Assembly (NCBI RefSeq): GCF_009914755.1
Contig: NC_060934.1
Strand: one strand, 5' to 3'
DNA: 64,000 bases
Source of the DNA: the human T2T-CHM13v2.0 reference genome, Homo sapiens
The notes below the pieces were generated by a model. It made no database searches and had not been told where the DNA came from. It was given only the letters and a program-made list of their open reading frames with translations. Position numbers and translations under genes: made by a program. This document shows positions 25,625 through 40,662 of the stretch, in pieces. Position 1 is the first letter of the stretch. Each line of letters starts with the position of its first letter.

Positions 25625-25753
25625 CTGGTTTGCTTTCGTGTTGCCGGGTTTCCTGAGGGCTCGCAGGGCTACTGCTTGGGGTTTCCCTGTAGGAAGACGA
25701 GGCCCGGAGAGTCACCGCTCCCTTCCCAGTGCAGATTTTTGTAGGATCCATGT
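25625..25753 (-). CDS. SORBS1: SORBS1 coding exon, 129 nt, phase 1-1 (DMDPTKICTGKGAVTLRASS...HESKP)
   Basis: cttttcttttcag acceptor and CAG|gtgcgc donor; peptide visible in ORF 25446..25928. Confidence 0.96.
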
Positions 25754-27798
25754 CTGAAAAGAAAAGGTCCAAAATTGAAGACTGAATCCAAGACTCCTGA
25801 AGGATTAAAGGACAGTTGGTTAGCAAATTGTTACAGCCGGGGAATGAGATGAACCTGGTTACAGCCATGCGAAGTCTTTGAACACCTGTGGTCAATGAAA
25901 TTAATCTGTGGGTGGTGGAGAGGGGCAAGTTTTCAGAGGTTTACTGTGCATCATGAAGTTAGGGGAACATGGCGGCAATGGTGAGTTCTGAGTAAATGGA
26001 TGAGTTATACTATCAGCTGAAAACATTTCAAAATGAAAGCAGGTTTATTCCTTTTATTAAATGAAGTTTAGGTTGATGAGCAGACTTCTGACCAGTTAGT
26101 AAGGCACAGTTCAAGAAAGAGTTTATGAAAGATGTTTCAAGCTTCCAGACCATACTTCTCATTGAAGACCAGGCTGGCAACTACGGAAGTGGGGGCGGTG
26201 GGGGGGGTGGGGGCGGGTGGTCCCATGGAGAACAACTACCCCTTTGCAGTTTTCCAGTGGGAAAAGGAAAAGCAAATCTCCTTGGATCAGCAAGTCAAGA
26301 CTCCCAAAATGCTGAGACAGAAGGATATGCTGCCTGGCGAGAAAGCTCACGAGTGACAGTCTCACTTTCCAAACATAACAAAGAAAACTCACAGCAACAA
26401 AAACGACTCAGAAGGCTAAATCCTTCAATGAGCAGTGTCCACCGAGCCTCAGCTGTCTTCACAGGGTCCTGGCGTCTCCTACAGTTTCACTAGGGCCTAA
26501 TAACAGACCCAGGTCAACTTTTAGAGTTTCCTTGAGAAAGATTTCAAAATACGCTTCAAAAGATCTGAATGCCATCCTGCAGGAAATCAGTCACGGAGGC
26601 AGGGAACCAGGGCAGACCACACAGTTCTGGGAGGCACACGCAGAGTGTTTCTTTATGTGCAGCTGAGCTATGCAGAACGCCACAGTTTTGTTTTGTTTTC
26701 AAATTGCTCACAGCCTAGATCCCTGACCTAAAATTGTCACAGTTAGGATTACAGGTTGACATTCAGGGTGTGTGTCTGGGCAGGATGTGAGTTCAAACAT
26801 CCAGCTCATCCCCATTCCCCTCCGAGGGCAGAGAGAAGCAAAGCCTCTTCTTTCCTTTCCTTCCACGCCAGCAGCCCCCTGCCAACAACTCAGGGAGAAT
26901 GATCATTAGCGTTAGACAAGAGAATGGACCTGCCTCGTCAGCACCTCTTGTATTGAACGCAATGCACGAAACGCACAATGTGTCAGGGCAAGCATCAGCC
27001 TTGGAGAGCATCTGACTTATCCAACTCTATCAAGAGGCTAAGCGACTGATGTCACCAAACTATTGGGAAAACTGGTTCATAGTCACTTCAAAAGGATGAG
27101 AGGCACACTGATGGATGCAGCCCATCCATAGGTTCCTGGACACACAGCCCAGTTACTTCTGAAAGCGCCATTGGATAAAGTACTGTGTAGGCCTCATGTG
27201 TCCCCACTTTGTACAGAAGGAAGCGATGAGCCAGAGCTGACATCTGAACTGTACTCCCCCACCCTCTGGAGGGGAGAGGCAGGAAGTGGCTGCAGGTAAA
27301 ACTGGGGAAGGCAAAGGGGATGCTCTGGGATGGCCCGGTGAGCATCAGAGGCGAATCTAGGTTGGGCACCTAAGGGCAGCTGCTTCAAATTCAGCTAAGT
27401 TCAGAGGTTCTCTGTGAGACCAGGTTAATTCTCAGGGAGACTGCAGTTTTTGCTAAAGTACTGGGGGCTGGAAACCTCTAGGGAGAGCCTAGGATGTCCA
27501 TGCACCGCAGACCCATCCCAAAGGGAAAGCTGAGCCTCTGGACTGACCCTTCTCCTAAAGAAAAGAGGGGCAAGGCCTCTGTCCTCAGTTCCTCCCCACA
27601 TTCGCTGGCTCTCAGGAAAACGCACACAGACATTCACATACACAGAGGAAGTAAGGAAGCAAGCTGAGGAAGTGAGACGGAATGCCTCCTAAACATGCAA
27701 CGATTCAGCTCAAAGTGCGTGTTAGAAGAAAAGAAGAAAGGAAAACCATGCCATGATCCGCTCACAGTTAGAGAAAATCGACCGACCCAAGGAGATAC

Positions 27799-27894
27799 CT
27801 GTAGGGAGAACTAGGCCTGAGGCGTTTTTCACTGTCTTCACAGGAATGATTTTAACAGCAGAAATAGAGCGTGCGCGTAAAGGGTCGGCAGTTG
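27799..27894 (-). CDS. SORBS1: SORBS1 coding exon, 96 nt, phase 1-1, probable cassette (ATADPLRARSISAVKIIPVKTVKNASGLVLPT)
   Basis: tttgtgttttcag acceptor and CAG|gtatct donor; peptide visible in ORF 27722..28078 and matches the recalled protein. Confidence 0.95.
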
Positions 27895-30666
27895 CTGAAA
27901 ACACAAAAGGGTAAATGGTGCATCCAGAAAGAACATTTGGGAAACACTCAGGCAGTTGAGGAACTGGGCAGGGACAATAGGAGGAAGTCGCCCACACAAC
28001 AAGAACAATACAAAGGGCAGTAGATGCAGTAATTAAAAATAACCTGCTTTCTCTCTTTAGAGTTCTAGGCCAAGACAACAGACCCCTCCCCTCTAACTAT
28101 CACCCAAATACAGCTGGTCAGTGTTGACCGGTGCCTCCTACCACACCAGGAGCTTGCCAAAGCTCTGGACAAAGATTTACAGAGGCACACAGATGGCCTG
28201 GCAAACAGAAGAAGGGGAGAGCACTCAGGGTCCACAGGGCCTCTTGGGAGAAGGCTGGGGAGTGGGTTCCGAGGAGGAGGGCTGTGGCCCATGGGCTCCA
28301 GATGAGTGGAAGAACGAAGGAACAAGATCGTGAGTTGTCTGGTCCCTTCAGCCATCAGAGCTACTTCCCCCATAGCATAACTTCCGGGGTCTTGTGCCTG
28401 CTCCGATAATTGTAGCCCTCTGGCCCCAAGCAAATCAAAGCCCCCATCTGTTAAACGGCAGATGGCCTTGCTCAAACCCACCCTTTCCTGGTCAGGAGGT
28501 GCCAAGTGTCCAAGTGCATATGTAGTCTCTGGGCAGCACCCAAGTGCACAGCCCAGGACCCCAATGCCCAGCTGAGCTAAGGCAGAGCAGGAATGCCTGC
28601 CTGGGACGTGGTGAAGGCTACCGCTCGAACATCCTGGGTGCTCAAACTTATCTATCTGCAGGGTCTCTGGGCTCCCTGCCTGCCCAGATTCTGTAATCTC
28701 ATGGTAGGCACGTTCCCTAACTCTCCTCACACCGAGCCTGTTGTGAGGCCTCCCCTCGTCCTCTCTTTCAAGGGCAGCACATAAAGAGGGATGGGAGCTC
28801 TGTGTGAAGGTGCCAGAGTCGACTGTGGCCACAGATCTACAGAAACACAGCGGGTAGGGCTGTCTGGGAACAAGACCGCCACTGCAAAGTCAGCATCGTG
28901 CTGGTGAGCCTGTCAAGGCAACAGAAGGGAGGCATGTCGGCCAGAGACAGTGCACCTTCCAGTCCATCCCGCTGTCAGCTCACCTCATAAGGCATGGGGC
29001 AGTCACACGGCGCCTGGCCATCAATGACTAGGTTGCCAATGACGCTGCTGCATGGATTAAGACACAAATGTGCTCTCACAGCATCCTCCTGTCTGCTCCA
29101 CCTGGGAGATGGGCTTGGGGGAGACTTTTGTAACCATTTTCAGAGGAAGAAGCAAGAGGCTCAGTGAACTGCTCAGGCTCATTCAGTTCTCAAGCGGAGA
29201 GGCTGAGACTGGAGCTCAGCTATCCCAGCTCTGGTTCAGTGACCTCAGGCCACCCTGATGCCCTTCAGTCACTCCTGCCTGCTTGTTTGCAGACAAAGGT
29301 GAGTCTCACCAAGGAGAGAGTGGGACTCACTCCACCTGCCACCCTCCCCCACACGCCTTAAGTCTCTTGTATAAATGAGTTCACATGGATGGGGTCCATG
29401 ACCCCACAGGCTTTAAACTAATAGGGCCCCCACCCCTCCCCATGCTCCTCACTGGATGCTAAACACATGCCTACAGCCACTCCACAGGCACTGCCCCTCA
29501 GAGTTCCCTAAGTGCAACTTGGTCGAGACTGTCCAGGGCCCCACACCGTGGGTGCAGAGGGGCGACCAGGCAGGGAGGCAAGAACAGGAGCATGGCAGGT
29601 CCCCTCTGGCCACCAAGGAACCCACCCCCACACCACCTGGGCCCTGTACCCCAGCCCCTCCTAGTCTCTGGACATACCCTCTACGGCTGGTTCCTTTCAC
29701 ACTTTGCCTTGTCTTAAAAGGAACACTTTGTTGACCCAGATGGAAATTACAAAGATCAAAATGCCAAATTGTTTGGAATTATTCTTTGAGATGCATCTTG
29801 ACTTAAATGCCCAATGCAAGGATTCTGGCCCTTCCTCTTGGTTACCAGAAAATTTACTGGGATGAGCGTTCATTCCAATTCTGAATTTGAAGCAGAAATA
29901 AATACGGCAGATCATAAATTCCCTCATCTTATAGATAAGGGAACCCACACCCACAAAGATAAAGGGCCTCTCAAGATGTCCTGTTCATGAGTGGCAGAGC
30001 TGGGACTTGAACCCATGCCTTGTCACTCCAGCTTCAGCATCCATCACACAACACAATAAAAGTGGCACCGCGAGCCCCGTAGCCAGGCTATCTGTGCAGC
30101 CACACTGAGGTCAGGATGAAAGTCTCCAGGCTAAGCAGGACCTCAAAGGTCATCGCATCCATCATTCATTTCACATTTAAATCTTTTATCCTAAAAATTT
30201 TAAAAACTGAAACTATGAGAGGATGTGCATTAAATTAATGCCACTGAAATAATTTATTTTAATGATTTAGGCTCTTGCCTTAGGGACAGGACTGTGAACA
30301 CATCACTGTTTATTACAGGTGAAGGTAAAAGGCTGAGCAAGGGATATTTCAGGCTGATAAATGCCATCTGTACCAGGCATGAAATACGCCTTGGTCCTCG
30401 TATCTGATCTGTCATTCACAGCATCCTTGTGAGCTAGGGAAAGTTTTTAATACCTCACAGTGGGAAAATGGCAGCCTCAGACTCCCGAAATGCAACAACA
30501 GGCTCCAGGTCTCAGAAAATCAGTGTAGGGAACAGGTCACCAGTTTATGGCTTGGTTAGGCCAATGATGTTTGCACCAGGCAGATGGGATGGCCCCGGCC
30601 TGACATACTCCGCACCTTTAGAAATGCCTTCCAGTACCAATCCAGATTTCTCTCCAAGAACCTTAC

Positions 30667-30732
30667 CTTTGTCTTGCCCATTGCTGCCAGGTGCCAAGCC
30701 ATTCATCACAGCTTTGGAACCACCATCACATT
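30667..30732 (-). CDS. SORBS1: SORBS1 coding exon, 66 nt, phase 1-1 (ECDGGSKAVMNGLAPGSNGQDK)
   Basis: ctttctttcttgcag acceptor and AAG|gtaagg donor; G|AA completes Glu4; peptide visible in ORF 30545..30754. Confidence 0.97.
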
Positions 30733-32982
30733 CTGCAAGAAAGAAAGAGAGCATGAGGTTTGTGAGTAAGCTGCCCCAGCACTTACTGAGTCCTGTGTGG
30801 CAGGAGGTGCTGGGGTCACAATCAGGAGGAAGCAGAGGGGTCCTGCCCAGATACTTTCAGACCTCTAGGCCTTGGTTCCTATGAGGCCCTCTGCCGAGAA
30901 TGCCTCCTCCTCCCTTCTCACCTGATGGAAATTCCACGCATCCCTGGAGCTCCCCTCGGATGTCATGTCCTCTGTGTTGGCTGAGACTTTCCTGAGTTCT
31001 GCTCAGTTACAGAAGCTAAGATCCTCCCTGCTCCCCTGTAGCCTAAGCCCCGCCCAGGTCCCCATCCCAAAATAGATAAAGGCACGCCAAGGAAGGAAGG
31101 CCGGCAGGCCCTGTCGCCCTGGGACATGTGTGCTTGGAGGAACCCCTCCAAGCCCAGAGTTAACCAAGCTACAAACATAATCATGACTAGCTATGGGTTT
31201 TTAAACACTGACTTGCCTGGTGTGAGGATCCATGCTTAGCATTCCATAATTAGCACCTCATTTTATCCTGAAGACCCAGGCCTCCAGAACTAGGAGTTAG
31301 GAATGCCTATTTTATAGATAAGAAAACTGAGGCAGAGAGGATTCCAGGCCTGCCCAAGATCACTAGGCTGAAATTTGAACTCTGGTCTGCCCATCTCACA
31401 GCTCATCTTCTTCCTCCCCAAATGGGATAAACATTTGGGTTTCCTGATACATATATATATTCTATTTCTCCAAATGCTGGGACTGAAGCTTAGTCCCACA
31501 CCCCTGTAATTCATTAGGCTGAGACTAAGTCACCTTACCTAGGCCCTTAACAATCAGCCTTCCAAAAGGGGGGTCGCCTGCTATAAACCACACTGACAGG
31601 CCAGTCTGGATGCTGCCTGTGGGCCACACATGAGCAGGGCCACTGCCCCACCTGGTGCCTGGGCTTCCGCATGCTGGCCCCACAGGCTGTGACCTGTTAA
31701 TTGCCCACACCCACCTATAGGTGAAGGCTAATTCTCCTAGATGTCTGAGTCTCCCTTGAGCTCTGATTTCTGAGATGGGTGGAAGAAGGGTGCTGGTGAG
31801 AAGGCCAGAAATCCAAGTACCTGCTCTAGTTCCTTCTGTGACTGTAGGCCTTGCTCCAGGCCTCCCCAGGCTAGTGTGGGGCAGCCTCTGAGCTACCAGC
31901 AGGCCCAGCCCCATGTTCTTCCTTTCTTTTAATTAAATGTAACAACCAAACTTGAAGAAATTTTGGAAAGGTATTTAAAAATTAGTAACTCCATCTCCTG
32001 AAACTCAAACCTCTGCAGCACAATGTTGCTGTCCAGCTTCCTGAGTTTGATTCAGCAACAGTACACACTAGCTGAGTGATCCCAGCCATATTATTAACCC
32101 CTCAGGGCCTCAGTTTTTCCATCTGTGTAATGAGGGTGGCAAACCACGCCCCACCTGTGAGGGTTTTCCAGGAGAATGTAACAATATCACACAGGTAAAG
32201 CACTTCCCCCAGTGACTGGTAGCCCAGCCCAAACTTGGAATTAAAAGAATCCACCATTTTTACACTGCTCTTTCCACCAGTGATTAAAACAAATATTTCC
32301 CATGTAGCTGCTTTTCTCCTAATGACCATTTTAACAGCGGCATAATATTCCATCAAGTAAATACACATAACGTACTTACTCATACCCCCCCTTCATGTAG
32401 GTGATATTTTTGTTTCCTTGGAATTAAGATAGAAATTCCCAAGAGTGGGATCATCAGGTCAAAGGCTCCAGAATTTCTGAACTCTTCCTAGGCAACGCCT
32501 CCTTCCAACCCCCCACCTGAGAGAGAGATTCTGGGGAGCAGTCTCCTGGGCTTTTCCACACCCATACCCTTCTTCCAGGCCCCTCCCTTCCTCCTTCTCT
32601 GGCCCTTGATGCCAAGAGTAGTAAAGCAAAGTGAGGCCAGTTCTGCCACTGGACGAGAAAGTAGCTTTAGGCTACAGAGAAAAAGTTAAAAACAAAATAA
32701 AGCAAAACATCATGGCCTATTTTAAATGACAACAAAAGCAAAAAGCCAAGGAGACAACAAAAAATGAGTTACGAAGCAGGAGCTACTGGCAGTACCCGAG
32801 CCTGCTTAGAGGGGAAAAGGTGCACGGCCTCTTCGCACACAGCAAAAGCACTCAAGGAATTGCTGAGAAGCCAAGTCCCTGGCTTTGCAGGGAGGAACTC
32901 AGCTCATAACAGTAAGAGCCCAAAGATGAAGCACTTGCTATGCCTTGGACACAGAGCTCAGCACTTTAAAAGCACTGCCTTA

Positions 32983-33270
<288 letters not shown>

Positions 33271-34302
33271 TCACTTAATCCTCACTAAATCCCAATGAAC
33301 TGGTGTTTTTATTATGTCCATTTTGCAGAGGAGAAGGGTCCACCACAGGCCCAAGGCTATGCAGCCAGTAAACACTGAGGTCAGGGTGTGGGCCTCAGCT
33401 ATTCCAGCCCAGAGCCTTCCTAGGTCTGAACTACATACTGTCCTACTCAGAACTTGCCTAAAACGGCATTGTATGCAAATAAATGGAAAAGGGTGATTTT
33501 TAATCCACAGAGGTCACTGACAACACTCACGAAATACGGCAGGATTGGGAGACTCCGGAATGAGATATCCACATGATCATCTTCCCACCCCACAGCCTGC
33601 CCCACCTGCAGGTCTCAGGAGGGTCCAGGGCATGCTCAGTAGCCTAGGTGGGGCTGAATCTCCAGATGGAAACTTCTCTGCTCCAATTCTGGGTTGGAAA
33701 GCTGACAGCTCTTAGCTGCATGATGAGCAGGGATCTGTTCCCATCTCTGTCTTCCCTAACCCACGTTTTCTACCTCAGCTCAAAACTAAAAATACTCAAA
33801 ACTGATTATTTCTTTAGGTCTTGACTTTTACTACCAAAGGCAAAGCAAAAGAGGGAGCAAACTACTCTACTAGCCTAGATGAAGGAAGCATTAGATTAGT
33901 TCACATCCTTGGGCAATTATGGCCAATCAGTTTACTTTTGCTGCAGTCACCCAGATTAAGAAATGCCATGAAGGTGTAACACATATGTCAAATTTTATCA
34001 AATTGTATACTAAAAATATCTGTGGTTTATAGTATGCCAGTTACATCTCAATAAAGAGAGGGCTAATGTGCATGTAAAGTGTATAGCACAGTTCTTTGGC
34101 AATAGTAGTAGGCACTCAAAAAATCATTAACCATGAAGGTGATGAGAGTGATGATGACAACTTATGACAAAGCTTTGGCATTCACCCAGGTGGCAAAAAA
34201 TAAAAAATAAAATGCCAGAGTGGGGCCTTCAGGGTGCGTGGGAAATCTGGGTAAACTGCCCAGTTTGGTAGATAAGAGAAAGATGAGTTTAAAATGACTT
34301 AC

Positions 34303-34312
34303 CAGAACTCAT
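34303..34312 (-). CDS. SORBS1: SORBS1 first coding segment (M-S-S + 1 nt), within exon 34303-34357
   Basis: Minus strand reads ttttctacag|AGCAGTTC...GCCACCACC ATG AGT TCT G|gtaagt: good Kozak context, consensus donor, acceptor CAG at 34358-34360. Confidence 0.95.
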
Positions 34313-35087
34313 GGTGGTGGCAGGACAAGTCGTCTGCAACTGGGGCTCTGAACTGCTCTGTAGAAAAACAAACACCACACAATGCAATTGATGAATGGCA
34401 GGTTCGCGATAAATCCCAATGGTTAGTATTAAAAATGCAAACACTGTAACCCTTGATAAAACAGAGCTGAACCAGGAGTCACCTGGCCAGGCTTCTGGTT
34501 TGTGGTCACCCACATATTATTGTGACCTTGGGCACATCACTCAACCTCACTGGTTTCAGTTTTGTTGCCCATATTTGGTGCTGATGTTATCCGACATCCC
34601 TTTCAAACATTCTATTAAAAACCTCAAGCTACACGAGTGCACGTGGTTTAAAGAGAGGGTAAAGGAAAGGGGAAAAAACACATTTTAGGAGAAAGAGGTA
34701 AAATCACAACACAAACTGATTTGAGAACTTACTGATCATACTGAATGCTTATATATAGCTTACTATGCACAAGGAAATGTTCTAAATGCTTTGAATATAT
34801 TAACGCATTTGACCCTCACAACCCTAGGAGGTAACCACTAATGTCAGGTTAGTTACACAGATGAGGAAACCGAGACACAGACAGGTGAAGCTGTGTGCTT
34901 GCTGCAGTGGAGGAGCTGATACTGGAACCCAGACAGCCTGACTTTCTGGCCCAAGTTCCTATGCACTGTGCTCTACCACCTGGAGGTGGGAACCAATCCC
35001 TGATGTTCAAATGGATAACCCCTTAATTTAGTAGGGTCTCAAAGAAAGCTGAAATTATACTGACAATGCCCTAATATATATCCAGAT

Positions 35088-36200
35088 CTTTTATTGAGTT
35101 ATAGTTTGCATATAACCAAAAATATCCATTTTAATTGTACAATTCGATGAGTTTTGACAAATATATACATCCTATAACCACCACCGCAATCACAATATAC
35201 AGCCTTTCCATCACCCCAAAAAGTTCCCATGTGTATCTCTACAGCCAAGTACCATCTCAGGTCCCTGTTAACGACTGATCTGCTTTCTGTTACTATTGTT
35301 TTACCTTTTCCAGGATTTTATATAAATGGTATCATAGTACAGGTAATCCTTTGTGTCTGGCTTCTCTCGTTTAGCATAACACTTCTGAAAAGCAACTGGT
35401 TAGATATGGCTGGGTCAATTTCTGGACTCTTTTCTGTTTCAGTGAGCTGTCTTTATCTGATAACTCACTGTCTTGATTACTGTAGTTTTACATAGCCTTG
35501 AAATCAGGTAATATGAGTGATAGAGTTTAGATATTTGTCCCTGCCCAAATCTCACATTAAAATGCAATCCCCGATGTTGGAGGTGGGCGTGGTGGGAGGT
35601 GTTTGGATCATGGGGGTGGATATCTCATGGCCTGGTGCTATCTCTGCAATAGCGAGTTCTCACAAGACCTGGTCATTTAAAAGTATGTGGCACCCCCCCC
35701 CGCACCCTTACTTATGCTCTTGTCGTGTGACACGCCTGCTCCCCCTTCGCCTTCCACCATGATGGGAAGCTTCCTGAGGCTCCCCAGAAGCCAAGCAGAT
35801 GCTTCCTGTACAGTTAGCTTACAGAACTGTGAGCCAATTAAACCCCTTTTCTTTATAAATGACCCAGTCTCTGGTATTTCTTTATAGCTGTGCAAGAATG
35901 GCCTAATACAGTGAGTCTTCCAACTTGAGTTTTTTTCCAAAATCATTTTGGCTATTTTAGATCCTTTGCATTTTCATATAAAGTTTAAAACCACCTTAAC
36001 AATTTCTACCTAAAAAAGTCTGTTGAGATTTTGACTGGAATCATGTTGAATCTATAGATCAATCTGTGGAAAACTAACATTTTTAACAATATTGAGTCTT
36101 CCAGTTCATGAGTATGACCTATCTCTCCCTTTTTCCAGGACTTCTTTAATTTCTCTTGGTAATGTTTTATAGTTTTTTCAAAGTACAAGTCTTGTACATA
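35088..36200 (-). mobile_element. Old L1 fragment (L1M-type) interrupted by an MST LTR
   Basis: tacaattcgatgagttttgacaaa...tttccatcacccc and gttgaatctatagatcaat...aatattgagtcttcc motifs; ORF 36006..36188 resembles degraded L1 ORF2. Confidence 0.8.
35518..35910 (+). mobile_element. MaLR solo LTR (MSTA/MSTB-like)
   Basis: tgatag...ccaaatctcac...agaactgtgagccaattaaacc...taataca; TG...CA ends and 5-bp flanks atgag/gtgag. Confidence 0.88.
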
Positions 36201-36350
36201 CCTCGACTAATAAGGTCTTACTGAACACATCTGAAGGTCACACAATCTGAAAAACAAGTCCTCGGGATATGTAGAACCTTGATATTTCAAGTGTGGTCCA
36301 CAGGCCAGCAGCATTCACATTAGCTGGGAGCTTACTGAAAACGTAGAAGC

Positions 36351-36666
<316 letters not shown>

Positions 36667-37246
36667 TCAGACTCCTGTACCTACTGAATCAGAATGGGCA
36701 TTTTAACAAAATCCCAGGTGCTCCCTTTGCATTTTAAGGTGTGAGAAGCAATGATACAGAGAAAAACCCCGGTTCACGAATTCTGTAATAGGGATATGAA
36801 GATATGGTATGAAGGTCTGCAAAAGGAGACATGCTTTAGCTTTTTCTTTTAAAAAAGCTGAAGTTGGACACTGGTTTCCTTTCTGGATGGTTGCTTTGCC
36901 TTACTGTCCTTGTAATTAAGAGAGTAGAATGCTAGGGATGAAGAGGAAATCATTCAAAGTCCATCTCTGCAGCCCAAATCAGCAGGAACTTTGCCTCTGT
37001 CACTGTCAAATACATCTGAGACTATCTATGACCTTCAATAGCTGTCCCCACAGATGGTTCTCTAAGCTGTGGAAACATTTGTTCTTTCAATCGAGAAACA
37101 CACAACCTGCTGTTATCTGTATGTCCTCATGTTTTCCAGTCCTAAGTTTTTGATACCTTAGTTTGCCTCCCAGGATCAAAAGTGTTGTTGTGATAGCATC
37201 CAAATGCTTTTATTTTATAAATAATTTTCATGAGCAATTGTATTAA

Positions 37247-37572
<326 letters not shown>

Positions 37573-38419
37573 TTTCCTCAATTTTTAAAGCATTATTGAA
37601 GAAATCTTTTTGTTTCCACTGTGAAGCTATCTTAACTGAAACTATTTTCATTCTTTTATAAGTTTTTTCTAGCCTTTAGATACATAAATAGCAAGTACAT
37701 TATTGTAAACATAATATCTGGACAGCTTTGTGTTCTAATTTTTAAATCAAGTATTTCATGAACATTTTTCTGGGATTCTATATAGTCAGCATATCCATCA
37801 TTTTAATGGCTGTATTTCATTGTAATAACACTCCATAATCCATTTACCAATTCCCTTTGTATAGTTTAATTCGTCTTAATTTAAAAAACAAGTACAAAGC
37901 ACACAGCATTCTTAGGCTGGAGAAGAAATGAATGGAGATGTCTTGTGAACCAAACAAAAAGGATACCTCAACTCATACATGATAAGTAATCACCGTCATA
38001 TGCGGGTAGCCCTTTGCACATTTCACATTTCTCAATATAGAAACTACTAACTTCTAAGTGTCAGCCCCCTTACTTACAAACTAACCTAAAATAGACACAG
38101 TCAGGGATAATCTTCAAAATATTTAACCATCATTTTGCCACAAATGTCTACCAACTGGAGCAGACACCAGTTGTAGCACTCTCTGGGAGGCCCCTCCCTG
38201 TGCCTGCTATTAACCATTTAATGGCTGGATGCTGAGAGGGTAGAAGGAGAATGGACCCTGGGTGTTAAGAGACTACTTTGATATTTTAAGAGCTAGTATG
38301 ACGATAGTACGTGACAATGACAATGCACAGGTGAGTACCAGCTCTTGCACACGAGGACTTTTTGAGTAGCAGGTTCTGTTGTGTGTTCTCACTCTGGTGA
38401 TTAAATCTGCAGCAGGTGA

Positions 38420-38772
38420 TACTAACAAACAAGGGATAGTTTAAAATAAAATTAAAAGTGCTGAGGATGAATGGGCTGACTGAAGAAAAGGAACTGCAGC
38501 AACGGCAGCAGTGCCAAGGACAGTGCCCTGCATCCAGTCCTCCCCTGTTGTGGCAACAGCAGCAACGTCCTATCCAGACTATTCCAGGGCCTGATTCTGG
38601 CTCTGATCCCAGCCAGCTCAGCCTCCTGGAATTCCTGCCCCAGTTCTGAGTGCAGTTCTCCAACCTTCCATAAACTCCGTGAACTACCCAAGATCTTGCC
38701 AATAAATCCCTCTTCAGTTTGAGTTCACCAGAGGTGGTTTCTGGTTATCTGCCACCCAAGAACCTTGACCAG
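38420..38772 (+). mobile_element. Old ERVL-type LTR fragment (LTR33/LTR41-like)
   Basis: aataaatccctcttc...ccagaggtggtttctggtt...caagaaccttgac 3' end pattern. Confidence 0.55.
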
Positions 38773-39215
38773 CAGAAGATGGGAGGGAGAAGTCCCCAAG
38801 GTTTCATCTGAAGAGGAGAATCTTCATTCCTCTCTCCTGACATGAGGCTGACCAGATCTGAATCCCAAGTGGCTCGGCAGTGGTTGTGTCTCTACAACCT
38901 TAAGTGCTCAGAGCCTGGGCAGTGAGGACGCATCCATGAAACTACACAAATTGAGCTTGACCGGAACACTGAAAGCTTTGAAAATCATAGTCTAGTCCCT
39001 GCTGTTTATTTAGAGATAATATGGGCCATTACAATCAGATGAGAACTTGAGAGTTTATTTTACATAAAAACCTCTAACACTTAATATTTATTTAAAAACT
39101 AAGCTGTAAAGAGCCTGATTTGGTTGAGTACATGATGGCACGTCTTTGGAATGCCTCTTACAAGTCCCCTCCAAATGAGCCAGGCACCTTTGGGTAAAAG
39201 CCAAAAGGACCAACA

Positions 39216-39249
39216 GTGTACCATCTAGTGGCAAAATGACACAACTGCA
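39216..39249 (-). promoter_or_regulatory. CTCF motif, reverse, with upstream module
   Basis: Minus strand TGCAG-ttgtgtcattttg-CCACTAGATGGTAC. Motif match only. Confidence 0.55.
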
Positions 39250-40039
39250 AGTGGGCAGTAAATTCCCCTAGTGAGTTGCAGGAACCTATGCAGTGTCACA
39301 GCTTGGGTGTGCCAGCGGGGAGTCAAACCGCCATTCCACGCTTTGAGCTGCTTGGACCTGCCGTACTTGGTCAAAGTACCATGGCATCAACACAGACATT
39401 CCACGAGAAGAACAAGATGTGAAGTGGCCAGAGTTGTTAAGAAAGCATCCAGATAATTAATCATTCCATATTGTCCCCCCTACCCCGCCAATTCCATGAC
39501 CCTATAATTCTAAGATAAGTTTTGATGACACAAAGTGATTAATTACTAAAAAGCCAAAGTTATACTCATGCTTCCAGCTGAAAAACAATCAACTAAATAT
39601 GGGTTGGTTACTGGGAAAGGAAAGAAGGTCCTTATATGGGTAGTTTAGGGATATATGACTAGGAAGAAATTGAGCATGTCTGTAAAAATGAATTCAAGGT
39701 CCTGCAAAGGTTCTTGGAAAACAAACAGCCTTTAAATCTCCTAGCCAGCATGCTCCAGCTTCTCCTATGCACTATGGTGTTTTGCCTCCATAGCTCCCCC
39801 ATCCCCAACAATAGATTGTAAATATCTGGAAAGGAAAACTGCATCATCCTCAGCACTGGACATGCAGTAGGTGCTCAGTCACGGCCTTTGCTCTCGCCTC
39901 TGTTTAACCTTCGGAACCTAACTTCAGAGTCTTACCTTCAAGATAATCAAGAGCCTCCTTAACTCCACCATGGCTCCTTAAAAGGGAGCCAGCTCCCCAC
40001 TTGAACAAAATGCTGGTTATGCCTTAGCTTTAAAATCTA

Positions 40040-40662
<623 letters not shown>

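Noticed and set aside
26125-26493. Plus-strand ORF with poly-Gly and QQQKRL, resembling the next SORBS1 exon (EQQKRLSS)
   Set aside because: Wrong strand; the poly-Gly comes from the G-rich tract and the similarity is too short to be meaningful.
36006-36188. ORF with reverse-transcriptase-region flavour (LIYRFNMIPVKI)
   Set aside because: Degraded L1 ORF2 remnant, not functional.
38286-38702. Gln-rich and Cys-rich overlapping ORFs
   Set aside because: They lie in a probable old LTR with CAG-like low complexity and have no splice support.
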